The notes: generated by a model from the letters alone, not told the origin. Positions 1 to 9,514 are shown, counted from the first letter of the stretch. The stretch: 56,594 bases of DNA from Clostridia bacterium (GCA_045595345.1 JAZOAF010000110.1:1-56594), one strand, 5' to 3'. Made by a program: numbers and translations.

Positions 1-1
1 C

Positions 2-427
2 ATTGCGTCAATGATGGATGCAATTTCCGAAATAACAAATCTGATGGCGCTGCTTACTGCTGGAATTGCAGGAATTTCTCTTGTAGTGGGCGGTATAGGG
101 ATTATGAATATTATGCTTGTATCCGTAACTGAGAGAACAAGGGAAATCGGAATAAGAAAGGCGATAGGGGCAAAACGAGCCAGTATACTCACACAGTTTT
201 TAATAGAGTCAATAGTCGTCAGCTCTATGGGCGGAATAGTCGGGATTATAATAGGGACGCTTGCCTCTGTGATGATAGGAAATTCTATGGGAATAAGCGC
301 TTTTCCGAAAATATCTGTAATACTTATTGCGTTTTTATTCTCAGCAGCAATAGGAACATTTTTCGGATGGGCACCGGCAAATAAGGCGTCAAAGCTTAAT
401 CCAATTGATGCACTACACGCAGATTAA
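2..427 (+). CDS. ABC transporter permease, FtsX/MacB type, C-terminal fragment (5' end outside window)
   Basis: ORF open to the window edge; 'VTERTREIGIRKAIGA' motif, C-terminal TM helices and 'NKASKLNPIDAL' tail typical of MacB/FtsX permeases. Confidence 0.8.
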   Translation: MASMMDAISEITNLMALLTAGIAGISLVVGGIGIMNIMLVSVTERTREIGIRKAIGAKRASILTQFLIESIVVSSMGGIVGIIIGTLASVMIGNSMGISAFPKISVILIAFLFSAAIGTFFGWAPANKASKLNPIDALHAD

Positions 428-442
428 GAATGGGAGAAGAAT

Positions 443-2341
443 ATGAAAAGAATAATTTCAATAGTTTTAACTTTTATAATGCTGTTGCCGTTTTCAACAG
501 TTTTCGCGGGAAGGTATGCAGATGTTCCTGATGGGGCGGCATATGGCAGCGCAATTGAAAATTTGAGTAATTACGGAATAGTATCGGGTTATAACGGCTC
601 TTTTAACCCGGGCGGGAGTATAACAAGGGCGGAAATTGCAAAAATTACTGCTGTGGTAGGTGGGATTGACGATGAAGCATCCGCCAAAGCGGGAATTAAA
701 AAATTCAGCGATGTTGAGCTTGGAGAGTGGAGCATAGGATATATAAATGCGGTAGCCGACGCTGGATACATCCTGGGTTATCCAGACGGTAACTTTATGC
801 CTGACAATAATATAACCTATGCAGAAATTGTTACCATAGTTTTAAGACTTTTAGGTTATGATTCATCGGTTTTGGGAGATAACTGGCCTTATTCCTATAT
901 GCTTAAAGCAGGGGAGTTAGGAATAACAGACGGAGTTACCCTTGATGACTTTGCTTTTGTTTCAAGGGCACAGGTCTGCAAAATTATTGACAATGCGTTA
1001 AATGAAACGATTTATGGAAGAAACGAAAAACTTTTGTCAAAGGTATCCGGACTTAAATATTCAGAGCCTGTTGTCATCAGTAGCGAAGACCCGTATGCAA
1101 GTCTTGTTGTTTTAGGAATATCGCCTCTTAACATAGCTGATTACACAGTCGTAAGAGACGGAAAAGCGTCATCAGTAGGAAATATCAAGCCTTATGATGT
1201 TGTATATAAATCGGAGAGCAACAAAACTCTTTATGTTTATTGCGATAAAATTTCGGGAGTATATAGAGAAGCCTACCCAACTAAAGCTGATGTAGAATCT
1301 GTGGAAATTTCGGGCAATACTCTTGAAATTGAAACCCAGACCGCAAAAGATAAGCTTGGTGAGAGGTCTAATTCATATAAACTTAATTCAAGAATTACTG
1401 CTCTTATAGGGAAAGACGGAAAAATTGTTGATGTTGTAGATTTAAGTTCAGCAGGAAACGGCGGATACGGAATTTTGCTTTCTTATAGTGAAGCTATGGA
1501 AGATAGCATTTATGATAAGGGCGAAGAAAAATATTATATAAATCTTTTAACAGGGGACGGAAAACGCGTATCCTATGAAACAAAGAAAGATTATAGCGAA
1601 TATATTGGAACCGTGGGGAAAATTAAGTTTGATGAGGACGGTTTTGCAACCTTTACCAGAGAAACTAACAAAACTGAGCTTTCGGGAAAGGTAGATAAAA
1701 GCAAGGGTAAAATAGGGGACACTTATCTTACAACGGATGCGACTTTAATTGAACTCGTGTATGAGCCTGATTCACATACGGGAACAGCGGTTGCTACAGT
1801 TATAGATATAGAAGATATAGCTTTTGACGAAATATACAGTAGCAATGTTGTCTTTGCTCTTAAGACGGGAGATTTTGACGATGTTTCATTTGCTGTTCTT
1901 AAAAATGTAAGTAACAATGGTTATACTTACGGAGTTTTGACTGACTGTAATGTTTACTCTAATGGAATGAGCGTGGGCAGTTCATACAAGGTTATCGTAA
2001 ATGGCACAGAAAAAAGCTATAGCACATCTTTCGGGAAAGGTATAGATGAGGGTATGCCCGTTGCTATGATGCTTGATGGAGGCACTCTTAAAAGTATATT
2101 TGCTCTTCGTGATGCCGGTTGGGGAGAACTTAAGGCCATTGATGGATTAAGAGTTAAAATAGGCAGTGCGGTAGTTGAACTTTCGGACGATGTTCAAATA
2201 TACAGATATTCATCAGGAAGCGGATATAAAAGCCTCTCGATAAGTCAGGTGCAGAATTATAAAGGAAAGACAGCAGGCGTATTTACCGATGCACAAACTG
2301 CAAAAATCGGCATTGGTCGAGTTATTATAATATACGAATAG
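443..2341 (+). CDS. S-layer homology (SLH) domain surface protein with signal peptide
   Basis: N-terminal signal peptide MKRIISIVLTFIMLLPFSTVFA; repeated SLH signatures ('GYNGSFNPGGSITRAEIAKI', 'GYPDGNFMPDNNITYAEIVTIVLRLLG'); the C-terminal ~430 aa have no motif I recognise. Confidence 0.75.
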   Translation: MKRIISIVLTFIMLLPFSTVFAGRYADVPDGAAYGSAIENLSNYGIVSGYNGSFNPGGSITRAEIAKITAVVGGIDDEASAKAGIKKFSDVELGEWSIGYINAVADAGYILGYPDGNFMPDNNITYAEIVTIVLRLLGYDSSVLGDNWPYSYMLKAGELGITDGVTLDDFAFVSRAQVCKIIDNALNETIYGRNEKLLSKVSGLKYSEPVVISSEDPYASLVVLGISPLNIADYTVVRDGKASSVGNIKPYDVVYKSESNKTLYVYCDKISGVYREAYPTKADVESVEISGNTLEIETQTAKDKLGERSNSYKLNSRITALIGKDGKIVDVVDLSSAGNGGYGILLSYSEAMEDSIYDKGEEKYYINLLTGDGKRVSYETKKDYSEYIGTVGKIKFDEDGFATFTRETNKTELSGKVDKSKGKIGDTYLTTDATLIELVYEPDSHTGTAVATVIDIEDIAFDEIYSSNVVFALKTGDFDDVSFAVLKNVSNNGYTYGVLTDCNVYSNGMSVGSSYKVIVNGTEKSYSTSFGKGIDEGMPVAMMLDGGTLKSIFALRDAGWGELKAIDGLRVKIGSAVVELSDDVQIYRYSSGSGYKSLSISQVQNYKGKTAGVFTDAQTAKIGIGRVIIIYE

Positions 2342-2519
2342 AAATTATTTTGTTTTAAAATTTGTGAAAAATGATTTTACAGGTGTCAAAAGCTGAAAAA
2401 ATATTATAAAAAATCACAAAATTAGGGAAATTATATTGATTTTTTTAAAAAAGTGATGTATTATATTATTAGTTTTTAAGTTGGCAGTTTTACGGACTGC
2501 AAAAGGAGAGGATAAAATA

Positions 2520-3203
2520 ATGAATTTGATTTACAAAGGTAAAACAAAAGATGTTTACGGACTTGAAAATGGAAATGTTATGCTTAAATTCAAGGATGAC
2601 TGTACAGGTAAAGATGGCGTTTTCGACCCGGGCGAAAATAGTGTTGGATTAACAATTGACGGAATAGGTAAGGAAAATTTAAAAACATCAGTTTATTATT
2701 TTGACCTCCTCAAAGAAGCGGGAATTAAAACTCACTATGTGAGCGCAAATATTGATGAAGCAACAATGGAAGTTCTTCCTGCAACTGTTTTTGGCCATGG
2801 CCTTGAAGTTATCTGTCGTCTCGTGGCAACAGGTAGCTTTATAAGAAGATATGGCGAATACATTGAAGACGGAACAAAGCTTGAAGGCGGATATGTTGAA
2901 TGCACATTTAAGAATGACGAAAAGGGCGATCCTCTTGTAACTGGCGAAGGTCTTGCTGCTCTTGGCGTTATGACACCTGAAATGTTTGAGAGTATGAAGG
3001 AACAGACTCTTAAAATAACAAATATTGTTGCTGACGACCTTAAAAAGATAGGGCTTGACCTTTGGGATATTAAGTTTGAATTCGGTTACAACAACAATGA
3101 AGTTATCTTAATTGACGAAATTGCTTCTGGTAATATGAGAGTTTATAAAGGAAACGAAATTGTTGACCCTGTTGAACTTACAAAGCTTATCTTAAACAGA
3201 TAA
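2520..3203 (+). CDS. purC: phosphoribosylaminoimidazole-succinocarboxamide (SAICAR) synthase
   Basis: '[11 protein letters not shown]' N-terminus and overall SAICAR synthase pattern; ATG 2520 follows RBS AAAGGAGAGG, whereas the track start 2481 is a TTG extension. Confidence 0.9.
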   Translation: MNLIYKGKTKDVYGLENGNVMLKFKDDCTGKDGVFDPGENSVGLTIDGIGKENLKTSVYYFDLLKEAGIKTHYVSANIDEATMEVLPATVFGHGLEVICRLVATGSFIRRYGEYIEDGTKLEGGYVECTFKNDEKGDPLVTGEGLAALGVMTPEMFESMKEQTLKITNIVADDLKKIGLDLWDIKFEFGYNNNEVILIDEIASGNMRVYKGNEIVDPVELTKLILNR

Positions 3204-3207
3204 GACC

Positions 3208-3227
3208 TTTTGCGAAATAACGCAAAA
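3208..3227 (+). terminator. weak hairpin after purC
   Basis: UUUUGCG-aaauaa-CGCAAAA stem-loop 5 nt after the purC stop; poor U tract. Confidence 0.35.
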
Positions 3228-3231
3228 CTTG

Positions 3232-3260
3232 TTGACAAACGAAAATTCATATGGTATAAT
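3232..3260 (+). promoter_or_regulatory. sigma-A promoter of the T-box leader
   Basis: Exact TTGACA (3232-3237), 17-nt spacer, TATAAT (3255-3260). Confidence 0.6.
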
Positions 3261-3274
3261 CTTAAAAGTATAAA

Positions 3275-3536
3275 GGCATTGACGAAGAGTGCGTAAAAAT
3301 ATGCCCTTGAGAGAGATGGCGGTTGGTGTGAGCCTGAGGAACAGTTTTTATGTTTGTAGCTTCCGAGCCGAGAGGAAGAAAGCGTTTTAGTTAGTAGAAC
3401 CTCTCCGTGATTGCTGCGTTAAAGCATAGGGGTTGATGGACCCCAAGAGTGGCGGAAATTCCGCAATTTGAGTGGTACCGCGGGTGAAGAAGTTTTACAC
3501 TCGTCTCAAAGAAAACTTTGGGACGGGTGTTTTTTT
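3275..3536 (+). promoter_or_regulatory. T-box transcription-attenuation leader (tentative specifier GUA/Val)
   Basis: Stem I K-turn halves 3275-3287/3360-3369; AG bulge GAGAGAG 3309-3315; distal loop GGUUGGUGUGA 3321-3331; T-box motif AAUUUGAGUGGUACCGCG 3465-3482; mutually exclusive antiterminator/terminator. Confidence 0.8.
3498..3536 (+). terminator. T-box leader terminator
   Basis: CACUCGUCUCAAAG / CUUUGGGACGGGUG stem followed by U7, 26 nt upstream of the ATG at 3563. Confidence 0.8.
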
Positions 3537-3562
3537 AGTCCCTAATAAAGGAGAAGATAGAA

Positions 3563-5854
3563 ATGGAACAAATGACAGGTCTTGATTTGAAAATCAAGGA
3601 AATGGCCGGCCGTATTAAAGAACTTCGTGAAATTGAAAACATTTCAATTGAAGATATGGCGAGTAAAACAGGCGTTTCTGCTACAGAATATCTAAACTGT
3701 GAAAACGGCGTAAGCGATTTGAACTTTGCGTTTATATACAGATGCGCTGCGGCTCTTCGTGTCAATGTTACGGATATTATTGAAGGATACAGCCCGAAGC
3801 TCAGGTCCTATACTGTAACTCGTGCAGGCTCAGGTCAGCAGATTGCAAAGGCTCACGGAATGACCTATTACAATATGGCTTATGCTTTCCGAAACAGAAT
3901 TGCAGAGCCACTCTATGTTCATAGTGTTTATAGCGAAGAAGCACAAAGCAAGGAGATAGAGGTTACAACACATGAAGGTCAGGAATGTGATATCGTTCTT
4001 GAAGGCCGTCTTATGGTCCAGATTGGCGACCACAAAGAGATTTTAGGACCCGGGGACAGCATTTATTATAACAGCAGCACCCCTCACGGTATGATTGCTG
4101 TCGATGGAAAAGATTGCTATTTCTATGCAATTGTATTAAATGCTAAGGGCGAGCCTATGACAGATAAGGAGCTTAGCCGTGTTGTTGCAACCCCTGTAAT
4201 CGCAGCGAGAAAAGACGAAAAAGACAGAATTTACAGAAAATATATTGATGTTGAGGAAAATGAAAATGGAACTCCTACATCGATCCAGTTTAAAAATACA
4301 GAAAACTTTAACTTTGCTTTTGATTTGGTTGATGTTCTTGCTAAAAAAGAGCCTGAAAAACTTGCAATGCTCCACATTTCAAAGGATAAAGTTGAAAGAA
4401 GATTTACCTTTAAGGATATGAAAAAAGCCTCCAACCAGTGCGCTAACTATTTTAAAACCTTGGGTATTAAAAAAGGCGACAGGGTTATGCTTGTTTTAAA
4501 GCGTCATTATCAGTTCTGGTTTGCAATGCTTGGCCTTAATAAGCTTGGCGCTATCGCAATTCCTGCAACAAATCAGCTCCAGGAACACGATTTTGAGTAT
4601 CGCTTTAAGAGCGCCGGCGTAAGTGCAGTAATTTGTACGGCAGACGGTGATACAGCAAATCAAATTGATATTGCGGCGGCAAATTGCCCTGAACTTACAA
4701 CTAAACTTTTAGTTGGCGGTCAAAGAGAAGGTTGGCGTGATTTTGACGAGGAATATACCCGTTACAGCACTCATTATAAGAGGGAGGATAATGCTCCGGG
4801 CGGAGATGACTTAATGCTTATGTTCTTCACATCCGGAACAACAGGATATCCTAAAATTGCGGCTCACAACTATAAGTACGCACTAGGCCATTTCCATACT
4901 GCAAAGTATTGGCATAATGTTGACCCTGACGGACTTCATTTTACGATTTCCGACACAGGCTGGGCTAAGGCGATGTGGGGCAAGCTCTAGGGACAATGGC
5001 TCTGCGAAGCGGCAACCTTTGTTTATGACTTTGACCGTTTTGATGCAGCCGACATTCTCCCAATGTTTGCAAAGTATCAGATAACAACATTCTGTGCTCC
5101 GCCTACAATGCTCAGGATGATGATTAAGCAGGATATATCTAAATACGATTTTTCATCTGTTAAGCATATGTCAACAGCTGGGGAAGCCCTAAATCCTGAG
5201 GTTTACAGACAATTTGAAAAAGCGACAGGGCTTCAAATTATTGAAGGCTTTGGCCAGACGGAAAGCACAATGATTATTGGTAATATGGTAGGTGCGCCTC
5301 ATAAGATTGGCTCTATGGGTAAACCGGCACCAATATATAATGTTGAGCTTGTGGACTCTGACGGAAATCCTGTTAAGACCAGTGAAAACGGTGAAATCGT
5401 TATCAATGTAAAAGACGGTGCACCTTGCGGATTGTTTACCGGATACTATAATGCTCCTGATAAAACCGCAGAAGTATGGCATGACGGGTATTATCATACC
5501 GGCGATGTTGCTTGGCGCGATGAGGATGGGTTCTATTGGTATGTTGGCCGTGCTGACGATGTTATCAAGTCATCAGGTTACAGAATCGGACCATTTGAAA
5601 TTGAGAGCGTTATCATGGAACTTCCGTATGTATTGGAATGTGGTGTTTCCCCTGTTCCTGACGAGGTAAGAGGCCAGATTGTTAAAGCGAGCATAGTGCT
5701 TGTTGACGGAACTGAACCAACAGAAGAACTCAAAAAGGACATCCAGACTTATGTTAAGGAGAAAACTGCTCCTTATAAGTATCCGCGAATTGTTGAATTC
5801 AAGGAAAGTCTCCCTAAAACAGTAAGCGGAAAAATACAGAGAAATTTACTCTAA
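3563..5854 (+). pseudogene. XRE-HTH + cupin + AMP-forming (medium-chain type) acyl-CoA synthetase fusion, interrupted by one in-frame TAG at 4988-4990
   Basis: ORFs 3563-4990 and 5063-5854 share one frame and homology continues across the stop ('GWAKAMWGKL*GQWLCEAATFVYD'). HTH aa ~10-75, cupin aa ~130-195. AMP-binding motifs 'FFTSGTTGYPK', 'GYYHTGD', 'GRADDVIKSSGYRIGPFEIES', 'PKTVSGKIQR'. Confidence 0.75.
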
Positions 5855-5876
5855 AAGACAAAATTTTATATGAAAT

Positions 5877-5903
5877 AAACACTCCGTTCGGGGTGTTTAT
5901 TTT
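5877..5903 (+). terminator. rho-independent terminator after the acyl-CoA synthetase gene
   Basis: AAACACUCC-guuc-GGGGUGUUU stem followed by a U-rich tract. Confidence 0.75.
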
Positions 5904-5904
5904 G

Positions 5905-5933
5905 TTGACATTATAAAAAAAATAGGTTATAAT
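5905..5933 (+). promoter_or_regulatory. sigma-A promoter of dxs
   Basis: Exact TTGACA (5905-5910), 17 nt, TATAAT (5928-5933). Confidence 0.6.
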
Positions 5934-5974
5934 AAAATAGTTAGATTATACACAAAAGAAAGCGATAAAGTGCG

Positions 5975-7819
5975 ATGAAAATTCTTGATAAAATCAACAC
6001 TTCGGCAGACTTAAAAGCTCTGAATAATTCGGAAATTAAGGTGCTTTGCCAAGAAGTAAGAGAGTTTTTAGTTGAAAAGGTTTCCAAAACAGGAGGACAT
6101 CTTGCATCAAATCTTGGTGCAGTTGAACTTACTGTTGCTTTGCATCGCTCTTTAAACCTTGAAAGTGATAAAATTATATGGGATGTGGGACACCAGTCTT
6201 ATGTTCATAAAATTTTTACAGGTCGTAAAAAAGATTTTAACAATCTTCGAAAAATGGACGGCCTTTCAGGCTTTCCTAAAACTTCTGAAAGTGAGACTGA
6301 CAGCTTTAATACAGGACACAGCTCAACCTCAATTTCTGCTGCGTTGGGAATTGCGACAGCGAAAAAGCTTGCGGGAGAAGACGGGGTTGTGGTTGCGGTT
6401 ATCGGCGATGGTGCGATGACAGGCGGAATGGCTTATGAAGCTCTTAACCATGCAGGAAGCCTCAAAATCCCGATGATTATAATTTTAAACGATAACGGAA
6501 TTGCTATTTCTCCAAGTGTTGGCCTTTTGTCAACACAGCTTAATCGTCTCAGATTAACTCCCGGATATTTTAGGTTTAAGCGAGGCCTTAAAAAGTCAAC
6601 CAGAAAAATTCCGTTTATTGGAAAATCTATTGAGCGTGGCTTTTCGAAATTTAAAAACAGAGTAAAGAGAATATTTATAAAAGACGGCTTGTTTGAAAGC
6701 CTTGGAATAAAATATATGGGGCCTGCTGACGGCCACGATGTTGAAGAAATTGAACTTCTTTTAAATGAAGCGAAGAAGAATAAAGAGCTTACGGTTATTC
6801 ATATCCAGACAAAAAAGGGAAAAGGGTATATCCATGCGGAAAACTCCCCTGATGTTTTTCACGGTATTTCAAAATTTAACCCTGAGACAGGTCAGCCACT
6901 GGATAAAGAAAGCATAACCTATTCAAAGGTTTTTGGAGAAGCTCTCATTTCTCTTGCAGATAAAAATGAAAAGGTTGTAGGAATTACTGCGGCTATGCCT
7001 GACGGAACCGCAATGACTGATTTTGCAAAAAAATATCCTGACAGATTCTTTGATGTGGGTATAGCAGAGCAACACGCCGTAACATTTTCGGCAGGCCTTG
7101 CAACAAGGGGAATGGTGCCGGTTTTCGGAGTATATTCAACTTTTCTTCAAAGAGGCTACGACCAACTTCTCCATGATGTTGCGTTGCAGGATTTACACTG
7201 TGTTTTTGCAATTGACAGAGCAGGTATAGTAGGCAGAGATGGGGAAACCCACCAAGGCGTGTTTGACCTTTCGTACTTGTCTCCGCTGCCTAATTTTACA
7301 ATTATGGCTCCTTCGAACGGAGACGAACTTAAAAAGATGCTTTCACTTGCGGTAAATACTCTTGATGGCCCTGTTGCCATAAGATACCCAAGAGGCGAGG
7401 CGACTATCGGAAATGATGATGAGAAAATTGAGTTTGGAAAAGGCAGGGTTTTAAAGGATGGAACAGATGTTGCTTTGATAGCCATCGGCTCTTCCGTCGA
7501 AGATGCGCTTTTGGCATCTGAAATTCTTGAAAGCAAGGGCATAAGTACGGCGGTTCTTGATATGAGGTTTTTAAAACCTCTTGACCGCGACCTTGTTCAA
7601 AGATATATTGAAAAATGTAAAATTGTTGCAACTGTTGAGGAAAATGTTTCAACGGGCGGGTTATACAGTGCGGTTAAGGAAATTTCCGATGCAGATATTT
7701 TAAGATTTTCTCTTCCGTGCGAACCAATTCAGATGGGTTCGATTATGGAAATTAAGAAAAAATATAACCTTGACGGCGAGAGCATTGCAAAGACAATTTT
7801 GAAAAAATTTGATAAATAG
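5975..7819 (+). CDS. dxs: 1-deoxy-D-xylulose-5-phosphate synthase
   Basis: 'GGHLASNLGAVELTVALH' and the 'GDGAMTGGMAYEALN' ThDP motif; length 614 aa. Confidence 0.95.
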   Translation: MKILDKINTSADLKALNNSEIKVLCQEVREFLVEKVSKTGGHLASNLGAVELTVALHRSLNLESDKIIWDVGHQSYVHKIFTGRKKDFNNLRKMDGLSGFPKTSESETDSFNTGHSSTSISAALGIATAKKLAGEDGVVVAVIGDGAMTGGMAYEALNHAGSLKIPMIIILNDNGIAISPSVGLLSTQLNRLRLTPGYFRFKRGLKKSTRKIPFIGKSIERGFSKFKNRVKRIFIKDGLFESLGIKYMGPADGHDVEEIELLLNEAKKNKELTVIHIQTKKGKGYIHAENSPDVFHGISKFNPETGQPLDKESITYSKVFGEALISLADKNEKVVGITAAMPDGTAMTDFAKKYPDRFFDVGIAEQHAVTFSAGLATRGMVPVFGVYSTFLQRGYDQLLHDVALQDLHCVFAIDRAGIVGRDGETHQGVFDLSYLSPLPNFTIMAPSNGDELKKMLSLAVNTLDGPVAIRYPRGEATIGNDDEKIEFGKGRVLKDGTDVALIAIGSSVEDALLASEILESKGISTAVLDMRFLKPLDRDLVQRYIEKCKIVATVEENVSTGGLYSAVKEISDADILRFSLPCEPIQMGSIMEIKKKYNLDGESIAKTILKKFDK

Positions 7820-7827
7820 GTGTTTAA

Positions 7828-8625
7828 ATGGCAAAAATCAGACTTGATGTTTATTTGTTTGAAAATGGATATGCAAAAAGCCGAAGTGCGGCACAGGCTC
7901 TTATTATGGAGGGTATTGTCTATATTGATAATCAAAAGGCGATGAAGGCCGGGGATATGATAAGCGGCGATGAGAAAATTGAGATTCGCGGAAAGACCCT
8001 TGAATATGTAAGCCGTGGCGGACTTAAACTTGAAAAAGCGATGAAAAGCTTTGATATTTCTCTTGATAATTGTGTCTGTATGGATATTGGCGCATCAACG
8101 GGCGGATTTACCGATTGTATGCTTAAAAACGGAGCAAGTAAGGTTTATTCTGTTGATGTTGGCTATGGTCAGCTTGCGTGGAAATTGAGGCAGGACGAAA
8201 GAGTTGTCAATATGGAAAGAACAAACATCCGATATGTGACAAGAGAAAACATTGAGGACGATTTGGACTTTTTCTCAGTTGATGTTTCATTTATTTCTCT
8301 CAAAAAAGTTCTGCCTGTTGCGTATAGCCTTTTAAAAGACGGCGGAAGAGGGGCGTGCCTTATTAAGCCTCAGTTTGAAGCCGGAAGAGAAAAAGTAGGT
8401 AAAAAGGGCGTTGTAAGGGATATTGCCGTACATAAAGAGGTAATTGAAAATGTCCTTGAATTTACCAAAGAGATAGGGTTCTCTGTTAAAGGCCTTGATT
8501 TTTCTCCAATCAAAGGGCCTGAGGGAAATATTGAATATTTAATGTATGTTGAAAAAAGCAATGACGAGTCCTCAATGTTTGAAATAGACAAAATTATTGA
8601 AGATTCACATCAGCTTGATAAATAA
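7828..8625 (+). CDS. tlyA: TlyA-family rRNA (cytidine-2'-O)-methyltransferase
   Basis: N-terminal S4 domain 'RLDVYLFENGYAKSRSAAQALI'; SAM motif 'DIGASTGGFTDC'; conserved position after dxs. Confidence 0.9.
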   Translation: MAKIRLDVYLFENGYAKSRSAAQALIMEGIVYIDNQKAMKAGDMISGDEKIEIRGKTLEYVSRGGLKLEKAMKSFDISLDNCVCMDIGASTGGFTDCMLKNGASKVYSVDVGYGQLAWKLRQDERVVNMERTNIRYVTRENIEDDLDFFSVDVSFISLKKVLPVAYSLLKDGGRGACLIKPQFEAGREKVGKKGVVRDIAVHKEVIENVLEFTKEIGFSVKGLDFSPIKGPEGNIEYLMYVEKSNDESSMFEIDKIIEDSHQLDK

Positions 8626-8644
8626 TCCAAAGGGGGGCATAAAA

Positions 8645-9496
8645 ATGAAACGGATTTCTATTATTCCCAATATCAAAAAGGATGAAGGCTTGGTTGCAAC
8701 AACAAAGCTTATAGATATTCTTTTGTCTTTGGGTAAAGAAATTTGGGTTGATGAAGGTCTTGATTTGCCCGATATTAAGAAAGTTAAAAAGGTAAAATCA
8801 GAAAAGCTTTCAAAGGCGGACTTGCTTGTTGTTCTGGGCGGAGACGGGACAATTCTTGAAGTTGCCCAAAGCGTAGCGAAAGATAACACCCCCGTTCTTG
8901 GAATAAATTTAGGCCATCTGGGATTTTTGTCTCAGGCGGAAGAATTCTCTAAGGAAATGTTTGAAGACATTTTTGCAGGGAACTATTCAATAAGAGAGTG
9001 CATGATGCTCTCCGCGGAAGTTGTTGAAAAAGGGAAGACGGTTGAAAAATTTACAGCCCTTAACGACATCGTATTAAAAGGCGAGTTTGCAAGAATGGTG
9101 AACATAAATCTTGATATTGACGGGACGAATACCAATAACTATCCTGCAGACGGAGTGATTATAGCAACAGCAACGGGTTCGACGGCTTATTCGCTGTCGG
9201 CAGGGGGTGCAATTGTTCATCCTGAACTTGACGCAATAATTATAACTCCGATTTGTCCGCATACTTTAAAGGCAAGATGTATGATTGTTCCTGACAGCAA
9301 GACTGTTCAGGTTTCCTTCTCAGAACCATACAGAAACAATGCGGTTTTAAATGTTGACGGAGAGAGAAATCTTGTCTTGTCGGAAAATACCTGTGTCAGG
9401 GTTGAAAAATCAAAGTATAAAGTGAAGTTTATAAATCTCAATAAGCGAAACTTTTATGACATTATAAGAGAGAAAATTGCAGACAGAACAATATAA
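8645..9496 (+). CDS. nadK: NAD kinase
   Basis: 'VLGGDGTIL', 'GINLGHLGFL' and 'ATGSTAYSLSAGG' motifs; ATG 8645 follows RBS AAAGGGGGG (the track start 8597 overlaps tlyA). Confidence 0.9.
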   Translation: MKRISIIPNIKKDEGLVATTKLIDILLSLGKEIWVDEGLDLPDIKKVKKVKSEKLSKADLLVVLGGDGTILEVAQSVAKDNTPVLGINLGHLGFLSQAEEFSKEMFEDIFAGNYSIRECMMLSAEVVEKGKTVEKFTALNDIVLKGEFARMVNINLDIDGTNTNNYPADGVIIATATGSTAYSLSAGGAIVHPELDAIIITPICPHTLKARCMIVPDSKTVQVSFSEPYRNNAVLNVDGERNLVLSENTCVRVEKSKYKVKFINLNKRNFYDIIREKIADRTI

Positions 9497-9514
9497 AAGG
9501 AAGGGGGATTTGCC

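Noticed and set aside
2342-2519. Purine/ZTP riboswitch or PurR box upstream of purC
   Set aside because: I looked for the guanine-riboswitch core and the ZTP (pfl) motif and found neither. The region contains only an AT-rich spacer with a plausible promoter (TTGATT-17-TATTAT).
4988-4990. In-frame TAG as evidence for pyrrolysine or a reassigned amber codon
   Set aside because: TAG is used as a genuine terminator by many neighbouring genes in this window. No pyl genes are visible, and the family residue at this position is most likely Tyr. Point mutation or sequencing error is more parsimonious.
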